Below are positions 46,065-55,283 of a stretch of 64,000 nt of DNA, piece after piece. Under the pieces are notes generated by a model that saw only the letters and a list, made by a program, of their open reading frames with translations, made no database searches and was not told the DNA's origin. Within the stretch, counting starts at the first letter, position 1; each line of letters starts with the position of its first letter. This stretch comes from Planctomycetota bacterium (GTDB lineage Bacteria > Planctomycetota > UBA1135 > JAKEFM01), in NCBI GenBank assembly GCA_035695825.1, contig DASRRH010000004.1:24515-88514 (forward strand). Direction: 5' to 3'. The position numbers were made by a program, and so were the translations under genes.

Positions 46065-46304
46065 TCAGCCGACGCCCCACCGGCGCAGGCAGATCTTCTG
46101 GATGCGCGGATCGAGGCGTTTCGCGAACCGCTGGCACGCGGCGAGGTCGAGATCGAGGAGCGCGCGTTGCTCGACCGGCGTGAGCGGGAGGCCCCCGGCG
46201 ATCATCTCGTCGAGCGTCGCCTCCCGGCTCGACTCGAACCGGCGGCGGAAGTCCTCGTCGGTCGCCAGCCTTCCGATCACCTGTTCCACGCTTCGCTGCG
46301 ACAT
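46065..46304 (-). CDS. Small helical protein (79 aa), LigA-subunit-like / NHLP-clan-like fold, function unknown
   Basis: ATG 46304 is preceded by AGGAG. MSQRSVEQVIGRLATDEDFRRRF...LTPVEQRALLDLD resembles a family of small non-precursor proteins I recall. The family assignment is tentative. Confidence 0.5.
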   Translation of the reverse strand: MSQRSVEQVIGRLATDEDFRRRFESSREATLDEMIAGGLPLTPVEQRALLDLDLAACQRFAKRLDPRIQKICLRRWGVG

Positions 46305-46437
46305 CGTCGTACGCTCCTGCGTGGTCCCTCCTCTCACGCCGCGTGCCCAGGAAGCGGGGATCGAAGAACTCGCGCGCAAGACGCTGGCGAGGCGTCCGTT
46401 GCGGCCGGTGGCTCCGAGGTCCGGGCGGGAGCCTCGA

Positions 46438-46460
46438 CTGTCCAGATTCGGACAGCTGTC
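46438..46460. promoter_or_regulatory. Overlapping palindromes CTGTCC-N6-GGACAG and GACAGCTGTC (candidate activator site or weak terminator)
   Basis: Read directly from the sequence. Lies between the activator stop (46501) and the small-protein start (46304). Confidence 0.3.
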
Positions 46461-46500
46461 GAAAGACCGTCAGCGACGGGGCGAACCGCCGGCGTCTGGG

Positions 46501-48630
46501 TCAGTCGGGCGGATCGCTCGGGCCGGCGTCCAGGCCGTGCTTCTGCATCCTGGAGTAGAGCTGCGAACGGGTGATGCCGAGGAGGCGCGCCGCGCGCGAG
46601 CGGTTGTTCCGAGCCTGCCGCAGCGCCTTCGCGATCAAGTCGCGCTCCACCCCCTGCAGGTTGACGCCGCCGGGCGGGAAGACCTCGAGGCTCCCGCGGC
46701 GCCCGGTCGCAGGGGCGGACGGGCCGATCCCGATCGGCAGGTGCTCGACCGTGATCAGGCCCCCGTCGCAGAGGATGGTCGCGCGCTCGAGGGCATTGCG
46801 CAGCTCGCGGACGTTTCCGGGCCAGGGATAGGAGAGGAGGGCGTCGTGCGCCTCGCGGGAGATGCCGGCGGCAGGCCGGCCCACGGCGGATCCGATCTCC
46901 TCCAGGAAGGCTTCGGCCAGGGGAAGGATGTCCGTGCGCCGCTCGCGGAGCGGAGGGAGCCGGATCTCGAAGACGCGCAGCCTGTAGTAGAGGTCTTCCC
47001 GGAAGGCTCCCCGGGCGAGGGCGGCCTCCAGGTCGCGGTTCGTCGCCGCCACGACCCGCACGTCCGCCCTCATCGGGCGCGTCCCTCCCAGACGTTGGAA
47101 CTCCCGCTCCTCCAGGACGCGCAGGAACTTGGCTTGGACGGCGGGGCTCATCTCCCCGACCTCGTCGAGGAACAGCACGCCCCCCGCCGCTTGCTCGATC
47201 CGGCCGGGGTGCGCGGCGGTCGCCCCCGAGAACGCCCCCCTCTCGTGGCCGAAGAGTTCCGACTCGAGGAGCGTCTCGGGCAGGGCCGCGCAGTTGAGGG
47301 CCACGAAGGAGCCGTCCGCTCGGGGCGAGCCGCGATGGATGAAGCGGGCCACGACCTCCTTGCCCGTGCCCGACTCTCCCGTCAGCAGGACGGTCGTCTC
47401 CGCCCGCGCCACCTTCGCCGCTTGGGCGAGCAGGTCTGTCCACTTCTTCGATTCGCCGACGACGCGGCGGAAGCCCCGGGTCGTCTCCAGCTCGTTCTTG
47501 AGCGCCTCCACACGCTCCTCGAGCCGGGCGGCGCGCTCGCGCGCCTCGGCGGCCCGTCGCTCCTCCTCGGCCAGGCGCTGGTGGGAGAGGGCCAGGCTCA
47601 CGTGGTCGGCCACCCGGCGGGCGACGACGACGTCCTCCTCCGAGTACTGGCGCGGTGCCCTCGAGAGGAAGACGAGCGAGCCGAGGCCGCCATCGAGGCG
47701 GAGCGGGATCTTGAGGACCGAGCGGGTTCCCTGGGCTCGACACCAGCGATGGCGCTCGGAGCCGATGTCCGATTCCTCCTCGACGTCCGGGATCAGCACG
47801 ACCTCCCCCGCCTTCAGGCAGGCGCCGGGGTCTCCCGCCGGAATCCGGGTCGGAAGGCCGGGAACCGGCTCGCCGGAGATCGCGTCGACGGAGATCTCGC
47901 GGCGGTCCGCACGGAGCGACGTCAGCACCAGGCGGTCGTGGGGGAGGACCGGTCTCACGATCTCCGAGACCCGGTTGAAGATCTCGCGTACGTCGAGGCT
48001 CCCGGCCATCGTCAGGAGCAGCGTGTCGATCGCGTCCAGGCGACGGCGCCGCGCGGTGTCCAGGCTCCAGAGGCGCTCGTGCTCGAGGGCCAGGCTCAGG
48101 AGGTCGGCGATCGGCCGAAGCGCCGCCTCGTGCTCGACGGTGAAGGCGCCGGGTCGCCTAGACCAGAACGAGACAGTGCCGGCGAGTTGCTCGCCCCGGA
48201 GCAGGGTGGTGCGAAGGACGGACCGGACGCCCTGTCGCAGGAGCTCGCGGTCCATCGGAAAGCTGGGGTCGAGCTCGCGAGCCGCGTCGTCGATGCGGAT
48301 GGCGGTCCCGGGCTGCACCCGGAGCACGGGGGAGAAGTCTCCCAGATGGAGCTGGCGCGGCGGGTCCTGGACGTCCCCCGCGACCGCGTACACCGTCAAG
48401 GCGTCTTCTCCCTCGAGGCGCGCCACCCCCATCACGTCGAAGGGAAGGGCGGTGGCCGCGGCCTCCGCCACCCGCGCGAAGACCTCCTTCAGCTCGAGAG
48501 TCTCGGAGACGGCACGGGTCATCTGCCCGAGGGCGGCCACCAACGGGTCCGATTCCATCGACGGAAGCCCGGCGCGGGCTCCCGCCCGGGTCTCTCCTCT
48601 CGGAACGCGCGAGACCTCGCTCAGGCCCAC
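46501..48630 (-). CDS. Sigma-54-dependent transcriptional activator, GAF-GAF-AAA+-HTH (Fis family)
   Basis: Two GAF-like N-terminal domains. AAA+ core [21 protein letters not shown] (variant of GAFTGA), VRVVAATN. C-terminal [22 protein letters not shown] 48630 sits 5 nt after AGGAGGAGG; ATG 48558 is an alternative start. Confidence 0.9.
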   Translation of the reverse strand: MGLSEVSRVPRGETRAGARAGLPSMESDPLVAALGQMTRAVSETLELKEVFARVAEAAATALPFDVMGVARLEGEDALTVYAVAGDVQDPPRQLHLGDFSPVLRVQPGTAIRIDDAARELDPSFPMDRELLRQGVRSVLRTTLLRGEQLAGTVSFWSRRPGAFTVEHEAALRPIADLLSLALEHERLWSLDTARRRRLDAIDTLLLTMAGSLDVREIFNRVSEIVRPVLPHDRLVLTSLRADRREISVDAISGEPVPGLPTRIPAGDPGACLKAGEVVLIPDVEEESDIGSERHRWCRAQGTRSVLKIPLRLDGGLGSLVFLSRAPRQYSEEDVVVARRVADHVSLALSHQRLAEEERRAAEARERAARLEERVEALKNELETTRGFRRVVGESKKWTDLLAQAAKVARAETTVLLTGESGTGKEVVARFIHRGSPRADGSFVALNCAALPETLLESELFGHERGAFSGATAAHPGRIEQAAGGVLFLDEVGEMSPAVQAKFLRVLEEREFQRLGGTRPMRADVRVVAATNRDLEAALARGAFREDLYYRLRVFEIRLPPLRERRTDILPLAEAFLEEIGSAVGRPAAGISREAHDALLSYPWPGNVRELRNALERATILCDGGLITVEHLPIGIGPSAPATGRRGSLEVFPPGGVNLQGVERDLIAKALRQARNNRSRAARLLGITRSQLYSRMQKHGLDAGPSDPPD

Positions 48631-48902
48631 GGTTGCCTCCTCCTGGGGAAGAGGACGATCGCCGAAGCGGGGGAGACGTCCGCGGTCGGGACGGCGCCGA
48701 GGATTCGCCCGGAGGCCGCCCGCGCGCCCGAGGGGGCCTGCAGCCACGCGGAGCGAAGGATCCACGGGGAGGGGTTCATCGCGGTCGGCCGCAGGCGCGC
48801 CCGCTCGAGGACCGCGACGACCCGGTCCGGGCCCTTCTCGGGTTCGGCCGCCGCGGCCTCGAGGATCGCCGTCGCGCTCATCGCGGAGAGGCCGGGGAGC
48901 AT
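48621..48902 (-). CDS. Hypothetical protein (93 aa)
   Basis: Third codon positions are almost all G/C and the composition is not Arg/Pro-dominated. Its end overlaps the activator GTG start by 10 nt. No recognisable motif. Confidence 0.35.
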   Translation of the reverse strand: MLPGLSAMSATAILEAAAAEPEKGPDRVVAVLERARLRPTAMNPSPWILRSAWLQAPSGARAASGRILGAVPTADVSPASAIVLFPRRRQPWA

Positions 48903-49118
48903 GATACGCAGGGAGGTAAGGGAACGGGCGATGCGGACTCCGGACGGACCGGCGGTCCGGGGATCCCGCCTCGCCCTCGAACCCGACGGATTCCGGAGGG
49001 GGTCGCCCTCGCCCCCTGGCCGGCGGGCCGTCGGGGAGGAACGGACGCGGCGCGGCGCGACGCCCGCCGGGCGGGTGGAGCGACCCTCCCTTGCGCCCGA
49101 GGGGAACGGGGCATATAC

Positions 49119-49134
49119 ATGCGCTTATGCGCAT
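49119..49134. promoter_or_regulatory. Inverted repeat ATGCGC-TTAT-GCGCAT, candidate ArsR operator
   Basis: Sits in a locally AT-richer stretch (GCATATACATGCGCTTATGCGCATTGC) and overlaps the arsR start codon (49127). Confidence 0.4.
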
Positions 49135-49558
49135 TGCCGCAAGAGAATCCCGTCCGATACCCTCCGATCCCGTCCGGGTCCTCCGGGCCCTCGCGGATCC
49201 GACGCGCCTCCGGATCGTCGCGCTCCTCCTCCACGCGAAGGAGGTCTGCGGGTGCGACGTGGAGGCGGTCCTCGGGACGACGCAGTCCCGGGCTTCCCGC
49301 CACCTGGCGACCCTCCGGGCCGCCGGCGTCACGAGGGACGAGCGGCGGGGGCCGTGGGTCTTCTGCCGGATCGCCCCGAAGCCTCCGGCCTGGCTTCGTT
49401 CGCTCCTCGGCGCGGTGCACGAGGCCGCCCGCGAGGACCCCGAGACGCGGAGGATGCTCGAGCGCCTGGCGAAGGTCGGGCGATCCCCCGCCTGCGCGGA
49501 TCTCCGAGCGAACGGGAGGACGGGAAGCAAGTCCTGCCGGACGGGCTGCTGCGCGTGA
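49127..49558 (+). CDS. arsR: ArsR/SmtB-family metalloregulator
   Basis: [14 protein letters not shown], metal/As site [26 protein letters not shown]. Cys-rich tail [10 protein letters not shown]. Confidence 0.85.
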   Translation: MRIAARESRPIPSDPVRVLRALADPTRLRIVALLLHAKEVCGCDVEAVLGTTQSRASRHLATLRAAGVTRDERRGPWVFCRIAPKPPAWLRSLLGAVHEAAREDPETRRMLERLAKVGRSPACADLRANGRTGSKSCRTGCCA

Positions 49559-50220
49559 GGCCGGTCTCTCTCCGGCGGCGTTGCTTGGCCGAGGGCCTCG
49601 GGACGGGCTTCCTCGTCTTCGCGGGCTGCGGCGCGATCGTCGTGGACGGGATCTCCGGCGGGCGGGTCACGCACCTCGGGGTCGGCGCGACCTTCGGGCT
49701 CGTCGTGCTCGCGCTCGTCTGCGCGCTCGGCCACGTCTCCGGAGCCCACCTCAATGCGGCGGTCACCGTCGCATTCGCGAGCCGGGGACGGTTCCCCCGC
49801 GGCGAAGTGCTCCCCTACGTGGGTGCGCAACTCGGAGGAGCGGTGGGCGGGGCCTTACTTCTCTCTCTCCTGTTCGGGGAGGCCGCGTCGCTCGGCGCCA
49901 CGCGCCCGGCGGCGGGGGAATGGCAGGCGTTCGGTCTCGAGGTCGCCCTGACGGCGGGTCTCATGTTCGTCATTGCCTCGGTGGCGAGGGACGGAAGGGC
50001 GGAAGGCTCGATGGCGGGAGTCGCGATCGGCGCCGAGGTCGGGCTCGGGGCGATCATCGGAGGGCCGATCTCCGGGGCCTCGATGAACCCCGCGCGATCT
50101 CTCGGCCCGGCGCTCGCGGCGCTGGAGGGCCGCGCCCAGTGGATCTACGTGGTCGCCCCCCTGGTCGGCGCCCTCGGCGGGGCGCTCGCCTACGACGTCG
50201 TGCGAGGCGAGGAGGCGTGA
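49555..50220 (+). CDS. MIP-family channel (aquaglyceroporin-like; candidate arsenite channel)
   Basis: GTG 49555 overlaps the upstream TGA (GTGA). [15 protein letters not shown]. The first box reads HLNAAVT (NAA, not NPA); the second box is SMNPARS. Confidence 0.85.
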   Translation: MRPVSLRRRCLAEGLGTGFLVFAGCGAIVVDGISGGRVTHLGVGATFGLVVLALVCALGHVSGAHLNAAVTVAFASRGRFPRGEVLPYVGAQLGGAVGGALLLSLLFGEAASLGATRPAAGEWQAFGLEVALTAGLMFVIASVARDGRAEGSMAGVAIGAEVGLGAIIGGPISGASMNPARSLGPALAALEGRAQWIYVVAPLVGALGGALAYDVVRGEEA

Positions 50221-50657
50221 CGGGGAGCTCGATCCTTTTCCTGTGCACCGGGAACTCGTGTCGAAGCCAGATGGCCGAGGGCTGGCTCCGTCACCTCGGT
50301 CGCGGCCGCTACGAAGTGGAGAGCGCCGGCACGGAACCCTCGGTCGTGAACCCGACGGCCATCCGGGTGATGGCCGAGGTGGGGATCGACCTCTCGCGCC
50401 CCCGCTCGAAGCACGTGCGGGAGTTCCTCGGGCGCGATTTCGACGTCGTCGTCACCGTGTGCGATCAAGCGAGGGAGTCCTGCCCGGTTTTCCCCGGGTG
50501 CCCTGTGGTCGCCCACTGGCCGATCCCCGACCCCGCCCGCTTCGAAGGACCCGAAGCGGCGCGCTTGGAGCACTTTCGAGAGATCCGGGATCGGATCGGC
50601 GGCCTGATCCGGGGCCTCGTCGAGCGCGACTCGGAAGGGGAAACCCCGGTTCCGTAG
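50217..50657 (+). CDS. arsC: Arsenate reductase, LMW-PTPase family, thioredoxin-coupled type
   Basis: GTG 50217 overlaps the upstream TGA (GTGA). P-loop LCTGNSCRSQMAEG. Second Cys pair VCDQARESC. Confidence 0.9.
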   Translation: MTGSSILFLCTGNSCRSQMAEGWLRHLGRGRYEVESAGTEPSVVNPTAIRVMAEVGIDLSRPRSKHVREFLGRDFDVVVTVCDQARESCPVFPGCPVVAHWPIPDPARFEGPEAARLEHFREIRDRIGGLIRGLVERDSEGETPVP

Positions 50658-50944
50658 GGCGTTCCGCTTCGAAGCCGCGCGGTCGCAATCGGCGTCCCGG
50701 CTCCCAGGTCCTCTTTCCCGCATCCACGCTCCGGGGAGACCGCGTGGCTCACATGCCCGGAACGGGTCCGGATCCCCCTCCTCTCAGGCGCCCAAATCAG
50801 AGTGTTCGCGGCCGAGGATCGCGCTCCCGAGGGTCCGTATCCGGGAACGGTGACACGAGTCGGGGCGAGCCCTCCGCCGTGCGCGCCGCTCGAGGAAGGG
50901 AGTTGGGCTCCGTTCATAGGGGTGTGAGGGGCCGGATGCGGCTA

Positions 50945-50974
50945 TTGACAGCCCGGTGCGGAAGTCCCCATAGT
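50945..50974 (+). promoter_or_regulatory. Candidate sigma-70-type promoter (TTGACA-N18-CATAGT)
   Basis: Perfect -35 hexamer at 50945..50950 and a 4/6 -10 match at 50969..50974, about 64 nt upstream of ATG 51038. Pattern match only. Confidence 0.25.
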
Positions 50975-51037
50975 TGCGCGGTCGAACGTGAATGGAGTGA
51001 TCCAGGCAGTGTTGCCGAAGGCGACGGAGCTCAAACG

Positions 51038-51457
51038 ATGCCGAGAAAGCGAAGGAACGCGGCCGCGAAACCCTCACAGTCCCCCTCGATGGCCGCGGTC
51101 CTCGAATACCTGAGAGCGCGCCCGAAGGCCGCGTATCGCGAGGTCGCCGATGCGGTCGGGAAGTACGGCCACAAGATCTACCCCGTCGTCTACGGCCGGG
51201 CCCAGGCGCTCCTCGGAATCGTGCGGATGAAGAAGCGTGGGAAGGGCCGCGGGCCCAAGCGCACCCGGGAGATCGCGATCCGCCCCGCGGCGAGGATCGT
51301 CCGGCGAGGCCGGCGGACGCGGACGGCGACGGGAGCGGCCGACCAGCTCAAGACCTTCCTCGCGGACTACGAGGCGCTCCGGCGGGAGCGGGACGAGATG
51401 CGGGCGGCGCTCGAGGCGGCGCGCCGGGCGATCTCGCCGGTGTTGACCTCGCGCTAG
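51038..51457 (+). CDS. Hypothetical basic protein (139 aa), possible DNA-binding
   Basis: Strong G/C third-position bias. Lys/Arg-rich with a globular N-terminal segment (AAVLEYLRARPKAAYREVADAVGKYGHKIYPVVYG) and a C-terminal helix. No motif recognised. Confidence 0.5.
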   Translation: MPRKRRNAAAKPSQSPSMAAVLEYLRARPKAAYREVADAVGKYGHKIYPVVYGRAQALLGIVRMKKRGKGRGPKRTREIAIRPAARIVRRGRRTRTATGAADQLKTFLADYEALRRERDEMRAALEAARRAISPVLTSR

Positions 51458-51508
51458 CCGGAAGACCCAACGGGCTTGGAGGCGGGGCCGGGCGTGGCCC
51501 CGCGTAGC

Positions 51509-51535
51509 GGCGCGCTTTCCTCTGGAGAACGCGCC
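51509..51535. terminator. Candidate bidirectional hairpin between convergent genes
   Basis: GGCGCGCTTTCC-TCT-GGAGAACGCGCC, a 12-bp stem with 1 mismatch and 1 G-U pair, followed by CTTTC. The T-tract is weak. Confidence 0.35.
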
Positions 51536-51667
51536 CTTTCAACGTCCGTGGGCCCTGCGGCGCCAGCGTCGGCCGACAACGACTCGGAAGGGCGGATTCT
51601 CGCTCCGCGGTAGCGACGTGTGCGGCCGTGGGGATCCCCAGCCGCGAGGAAGCGCCGGAGCAAGCCC

Positions 51668-53203
51668 CTACGGCTTCGACCGCAGCCGATCCTCCGGTTT
51701 GGGTCGGAACGGGGTGCGCTTGCGAAACCACTCGACCGCGGCGTCGCGGACGAGGATTCCCGTATCCCTCCGCACCTTCGGGCGCGTGAACGACGCGTAG
51801 CCGTCGCCTCCTCCGGCGAGGAAGGAGTTCACGGCGACCCGGTAGGTGCGGCCGGGATCGAGCGGCGCTCCCCCGAAGGTCGCGCCCAGGAATTCCGCCT
51901 TCCCATCCCCCGCCGGGCGCCACCGGGCCTCGAGGCCGCTCACCTCGAGCGGCGTGCGCGCCTCCTTCGAGAGCGAGGCGCGGAGCGCCTCGGCGACCTC
52001 CGCCCCGGTCATCTCGAGGACGACCACCGTGTTGTCGAACGGCAGCATCTCGAAGAAGGACCGCCTCGTCACGGGGCCCGCGAGCAGCGCCGCGCGGACT
52101 CCCCCCTTGTTCGTGAACGCGATGTCCGCGGCCGAAGCCTCCCGCATCGCGTCCGTGGTCAGGTTCCCCGCCGGGCTGCTCCCCGGCCCGGAACCCCGTC
52201 CCAGGTCGGCGAGGAGCTCCCCGATCTGCTCCTCCATCTCGGCGCGAACGGCGGCCTCTTCGCGCCGGACGATTGCGGCCGACGCGGGATCCTCCCCGGT
52301 CGCCTCGGGGAGGAGATCGACGAGGCGAGCGTCCGTGATGCGCAACGCCTTCGTCCCCTCCTCCGCTTCGAACTCGACCCTCCCGATTGCCTCCCCCTTG
52401 GCGCCGGTCTGGACGACGAGCGTTTGTCCGACCTTCACGGGCTCGAGCAGGCGCGTGTGGGAGTGCCCGCCGACGATCGCCGGAACCATGGGGACGAGCG
52501 CCGCGAGCGCGCGGTCCACGTCGATCCCGCAGTGCGTGAGGAGGAAGACGTGGTCCGCCTCCCGACGCGCCTCGTCGACCGCCTCGCGCACGACCGCGGT
52601 CTCGTCCTCGAACCGGAGCGCCTCCCCAATCGGTGCGCTCGTCAGCTCGGGAGTTCGGTGGGAGAGGAGCCCGACGAACGCGAGAGCGATCCCGCGCCGC
52701 CGCAGGACCGCCCGCGGTCGCAGACCCGCGGGGCGCGCCCCCGTTTTCCGGTCGAAGACGTTGGCCGCGAGGACGGGAAACTTGGCGAGACCGAGCAATC
52801 GGAACGTATTCTCGATGCCGTGGTCCAGCTCGTGGTTGCCGAGCGTCGCCGCGTCGTAGCCGACGAGGTTCATCCACTCGACGACCGCGGTGCCTTGCGT
52901 CCGGTTCCCCTCGGGCGTCCCCTGGTACCAGTCCCCGGCGTCGACCAGGAGGACCTCGGCCCCGTCCGCGGCCGATTCCTGCCGCGCGGTTCGAACGTAC
53001 GCTGCGATCGAGGCGAACCCCCCCACGCGCGCGCGCGCTCCCGTCTCCCCGCGGCGCACCTCGCGCGCGAGCATCTGTCCGTGCAGGTCGTTCGTGTGGA
53101 GGAGGACGAAGCGGACTCGCCCGCCCCCGCAGCCGAAGGCGAGGAGCGCGAGGCCGAGGAGCGCCGCGACGGGCAGAAGTCGAGGGAGGAGAGGGCGGTG
53201 CAT
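51668..53203 (-). CDS. Bifunctional metallophosphatase/5'-nucleotidase (UshA family) lipoprotein
   Basis: Lipobox LLAFGC. LHTNDLHG, DAGDWYQG, GNHELD, GGHSH. C-terminal 5'-nucleotidase domain. Confidence 0.85.
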   Translation of the reverse strand: MHRPLLPRLLPVAALLGLALLAFGCGGGRVRFVLLHTNDLHGQMLAREVRRGETGARARVGGFASIAAYVRTARQESAADGAEVLLVDAGDWYQGTPEGNRTQGTAVVEWMNLVGYDAATLGNHELDHGIENTFRLLGLAKFPVLAANVFDRKTGARPAGLRPRAVLRRRGIALAFVGLLSHRTPELTSAPIGEALRFEDETAVVREAVDEARREADHVFLLTHCGIDVDRALAALVPMVPAIVGGHSHTRLLEPVKVGQTLVVQTGAKGEAIGRVEFEAEEGTKALRITDARLVDLLPEATGEDPASAAIVRREEAAVRAEMEEQIGELLADLGRGSGPGSSPAGNLTTDAMREASAADIAFTNKGGVRAALLAGPVTRRSFFEMLPFDNTVVVLEMTGAEVAEALRASLSKEARTPLEVSGLEARWRPAGDGKAEFLGATFGGAPLDPGRTYRVAVNSFLAGGGDGYASFTRPKVRRDTGILVRDAAVEWFRKRTPFRPKPEDRLRSKP

Positions 53204-53472
53204 CCGGCGCGCAGGATAGCCGACCTCCGACTCCCCCCTGATTCTCTGAGGAAACGCGCCGCAAGGGGTTGCGTTGCGACCCGTGCCCGCGGATCGTCCT
53301 CGTCCGCGACCGCCACCCGGCGCGCTCGGGGGCGGAGGGCGCGCCGCATCCGGCGAGACAACCACTCGCGACCGCGGAGCGCGGTTCCGATCCATTCATG
53401 CCAGGATCATTCCCGTTCTCGACCGCGCGGCCTTCTTCCCCGGCGTCGCTCGCGCCCTGCCGTCTAGGACGG

Positions 53473-53898
53473 TCAACTCTTCAAGTGAGCGTAGAGCGAA
53501 TCGTAGATGAACGACGCTCTCTCGACGGTCTCGTGATCATCGCGCACCACGCGGGGGAAACCCTGACTGATCGCTCGCAGGCCAGCGGACTCGGGAGCGA
53601 GATTCGTCTCTTTCGCGAAGTCTGCGCCACGAACGATCCTCGCCATCGCGAGCAGGGCAGGGTCGTCGGGACGGTGTTCATCCACCAGGGCTTCGAAGGA
53701 GCATCGCCCCTTCTCGTCGCGGTGCGGGTAGCGGGCTTCGGGTGCGTCGAATCCGATCGCGCCCTCCCGCCGCTGAACTTCGGCGACCTGCTCCGGCTCG
53801 ACGAACAGGAACACCGCCTCGGGGTCGATGAACCGGCGGATCAGCCAGGCCGTCGCCGTGCGGTTCACGCGAAGGGTCCGCCGCGTCACCCACTTCAT
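53473..53898 (-). CDS. ChrB C-terminal-domain (chromate-resistance) protein
   Basis: ATG 53898 overlaps the kinase TGA (ATGA). MKWVTRRTLRVNRTATAWLIRRFIDPEAVFLFV matches my recollection of the Chrome_Resist domain start. Confidence 0.7.
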   Translation of the reverse strand: MKWVTRRTLRVNRTATAWLIRRFIDPEAVFLFVEPEQVAEVQRREGAIGFDAPEARYPHRDEKGRCSFEALVDEHRPDDPALLAMARIVRGADFAKETNLAPESAGLRAISQGFPRVVRDDHETVERASFIYDSLYAHLKS

Positions 53899-55283
53899 GG
53901 AGAGATGACTCCGGTGGGCGCGGGCTCGGTCCGAGGCGGCTTCGTCTGAGGCATCACGATCCGGAAAGTGCTGCCCCGCCCCGGCTCGCTCTCGAGCTCG
54001 ATGCGCCCCCCATGGGCCTCGACGGCCCAGCGCGCGATCGAGAGCCCGAGCCCGGTTCCGCCGAGCTCGCGAGATCGTCCCGTGTCCACGCGGTAGAACC
54101 GGTCGAAGACCCGGTCCCGATGCTCGGGAGGAATGCCGGGTCCTTCGTTGGTCACCTCCATGGTCGGCCCGGCGGGACCTTCTCCGATTCGCACGCGAAT
54201 GCGGGTGCCCAGGGGGCTGTACTTGATCGCATTGTCGACGAGGTTGATCAGCGCCTGCCGGAGGACGAGACGGTCGACGGTCGCGTCGACCCTCCCTGGT
54301 GCTTCGACCAGGAGAGTCTGCCGCCTCTCCTCCGCGAGCACCCCGAGCTGACCTGTCACCTCACGGGCCAGCTCGGAGAGGTCCGTCGGTTCGAAGGCGA
54401 GCCTCACTTCGCCTGCGTCCGCTCGCGCGAGAGTGAGAAGCGAGTCCACGAGCCGCGTCATCCGGTCCACGTCCTCGAGCATGCTCCCAATCACCTCTCG
54501 GTACGCGCCCGGCGCGCGAGGTTCTCGCAGGCCGACTTCGCCGACGGTTCGGATGGCGGTGAGGGGGGTCCGGAGCTCGTGCGAGGCGTCCGCCGTGAAA
54601 CGCCGGAGTTCTCCGAAGGATCTTTCGAGCCGCGCGAACGTGTCGTTGAAGACCGTCGCAAGTTGCCCGAGCTCGTCGCCGGCGTCGTCGATCGGGAGTC
54701 TTTCCGAGAGACGCTCCGCGGTGATGGTTCTCGCCCGCTCGGTCATCGCTCCCACGGGAGCGAGAGCCCGACGAGCCAGAGCGTAGCCTCCCACTCCCGC
54801 AAGGCCGACCGCGAGAGGGAACGCGAGGCAGAAGACGAGCAGCAACTCCCCGACCTCGTGACGGAGTCGGGCCTCCGAACGGGCCACCCGAATCATCACG
54901 GGGACTCCGGCGACGGAGTAGGAACGGCTCAGGACGCGGATCGGTTCGTCGGCCGTTCGCTGTTGGGAGGAACTGCGGTAGAGGAGGTTCCCGCTTGCGT
55001 CGACGACCTCGATGCGGCGTCCCGAGACTTCGGCGTCGTCCTCATGGTGCGGACGTGGGCCCCATCGAACGCCGCCGTCCGGCGTGCGCTCGAGGGCGTC
55101 CTCCGCTATCTGCTCGGCATCTTCGTAGTCCTCGCGCAGCTGTTGGTCGACCTCGGTCGAGAGGGCGTGGTGCAGGAAGGCCAGGACGAACCCGGCGTAA
55201 AGGAGGAGAAGGGCCGCGAGGCCGCCCGTGTACCAGAGGGCGAGTCGGAACCGGATGCTTCGGGGGCGCCATTGAAACCTCAC
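53895..55283 (-). CDS. Heavy-metal sensor histidine kinase (CusS/CzcS type)
   Basis: GTG 55283 overlaps the regulator TGA (GTGA). Two TMs flank a periplasmic domain, then HAMP. H-box RFTADASHELRTPL, N box NLVDNAIKY, G boxes GTGLGLSIA. Confidence 0.9.
   Translation of the reverse strand: MRFQWRPRSIRFRLALWYTGGLAALLLLYAGFVLAFLHHALSTEVDQQLREDYEDAEQIAEDALERTPDGGVRWGPRPHHEDDAEVSGRRIEVVDASGNLLYRSSSQQRTADEPIRVLSRSYSVAGVPVMIRVARSEARLRHEVGELLLVFCLAFPLAVGLAGVGGYALARRALAPVGAMTERARTITAERLSERLPIDDAGDELGQLATVFNDTFARLERSFGELRRFTADASHELRTPLTAIRTVGEVGLREPRAPGAYREVIGSMLEDVDRMTRLVDSLLTLARADAGEVRLAFEPTDLSELAREVTGQLGVLAEERRQTLLVEAPGRVDATVDRLVLRQALINLVDNAIKYSPLGTRIRVRIGEGPAGPTMEVTNEGPGIPPEHRDRVFDRFYRVDTGRSRELGGTGLGLSIARWAVEAHGGRIELESEPGRGSTFRIVMPQTKPPRTEPAPTGVISP

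Noticed and set aside
46065-46304. The 79-aa protein as a RiPP (NHLP/Nif11-type) precursor peptide.
   Set aside because: It resembles leader-like helical proteins but ends ...RRWGVG with no core peptide after any Gly-Gly-type site. No maturase or transporter genes of RiPP type are adjacent.
46331-46350. Sigma-54 promoter-like string on the minus strand (CTGGGCACGCGGCGTGAGAG) upstream of the small-protein gene.
   Set aside because: The GGCAC part looks right, but the -12 element would read GTGA instead of TTGC, and no alternative register gives GG-N10-GC. This is not good enough to call.
51484-51501. GGGGCC-GGGCGT-GGCCCC hairpin just after the 51038..51457 gene.
   Set aside because: It has a 6-bp GC stem but no following T-tract. 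The adjacent longer hairpin (51509..51535) is the better, still weak, terminator candidate.
53204-53472. Short hairpins (CCGTC-CTA-GACGG near 53460; CGCAA-CCCC-TTGCG near 53262) in the spacer between the ChrB-like and 5'-nucleotidase genes as regulatory RNAs.
   Set aside because: The stems are only 5 bp in GC-rich DNA, where such stems arise by chance. There is no supporting conservation or T-tracts.
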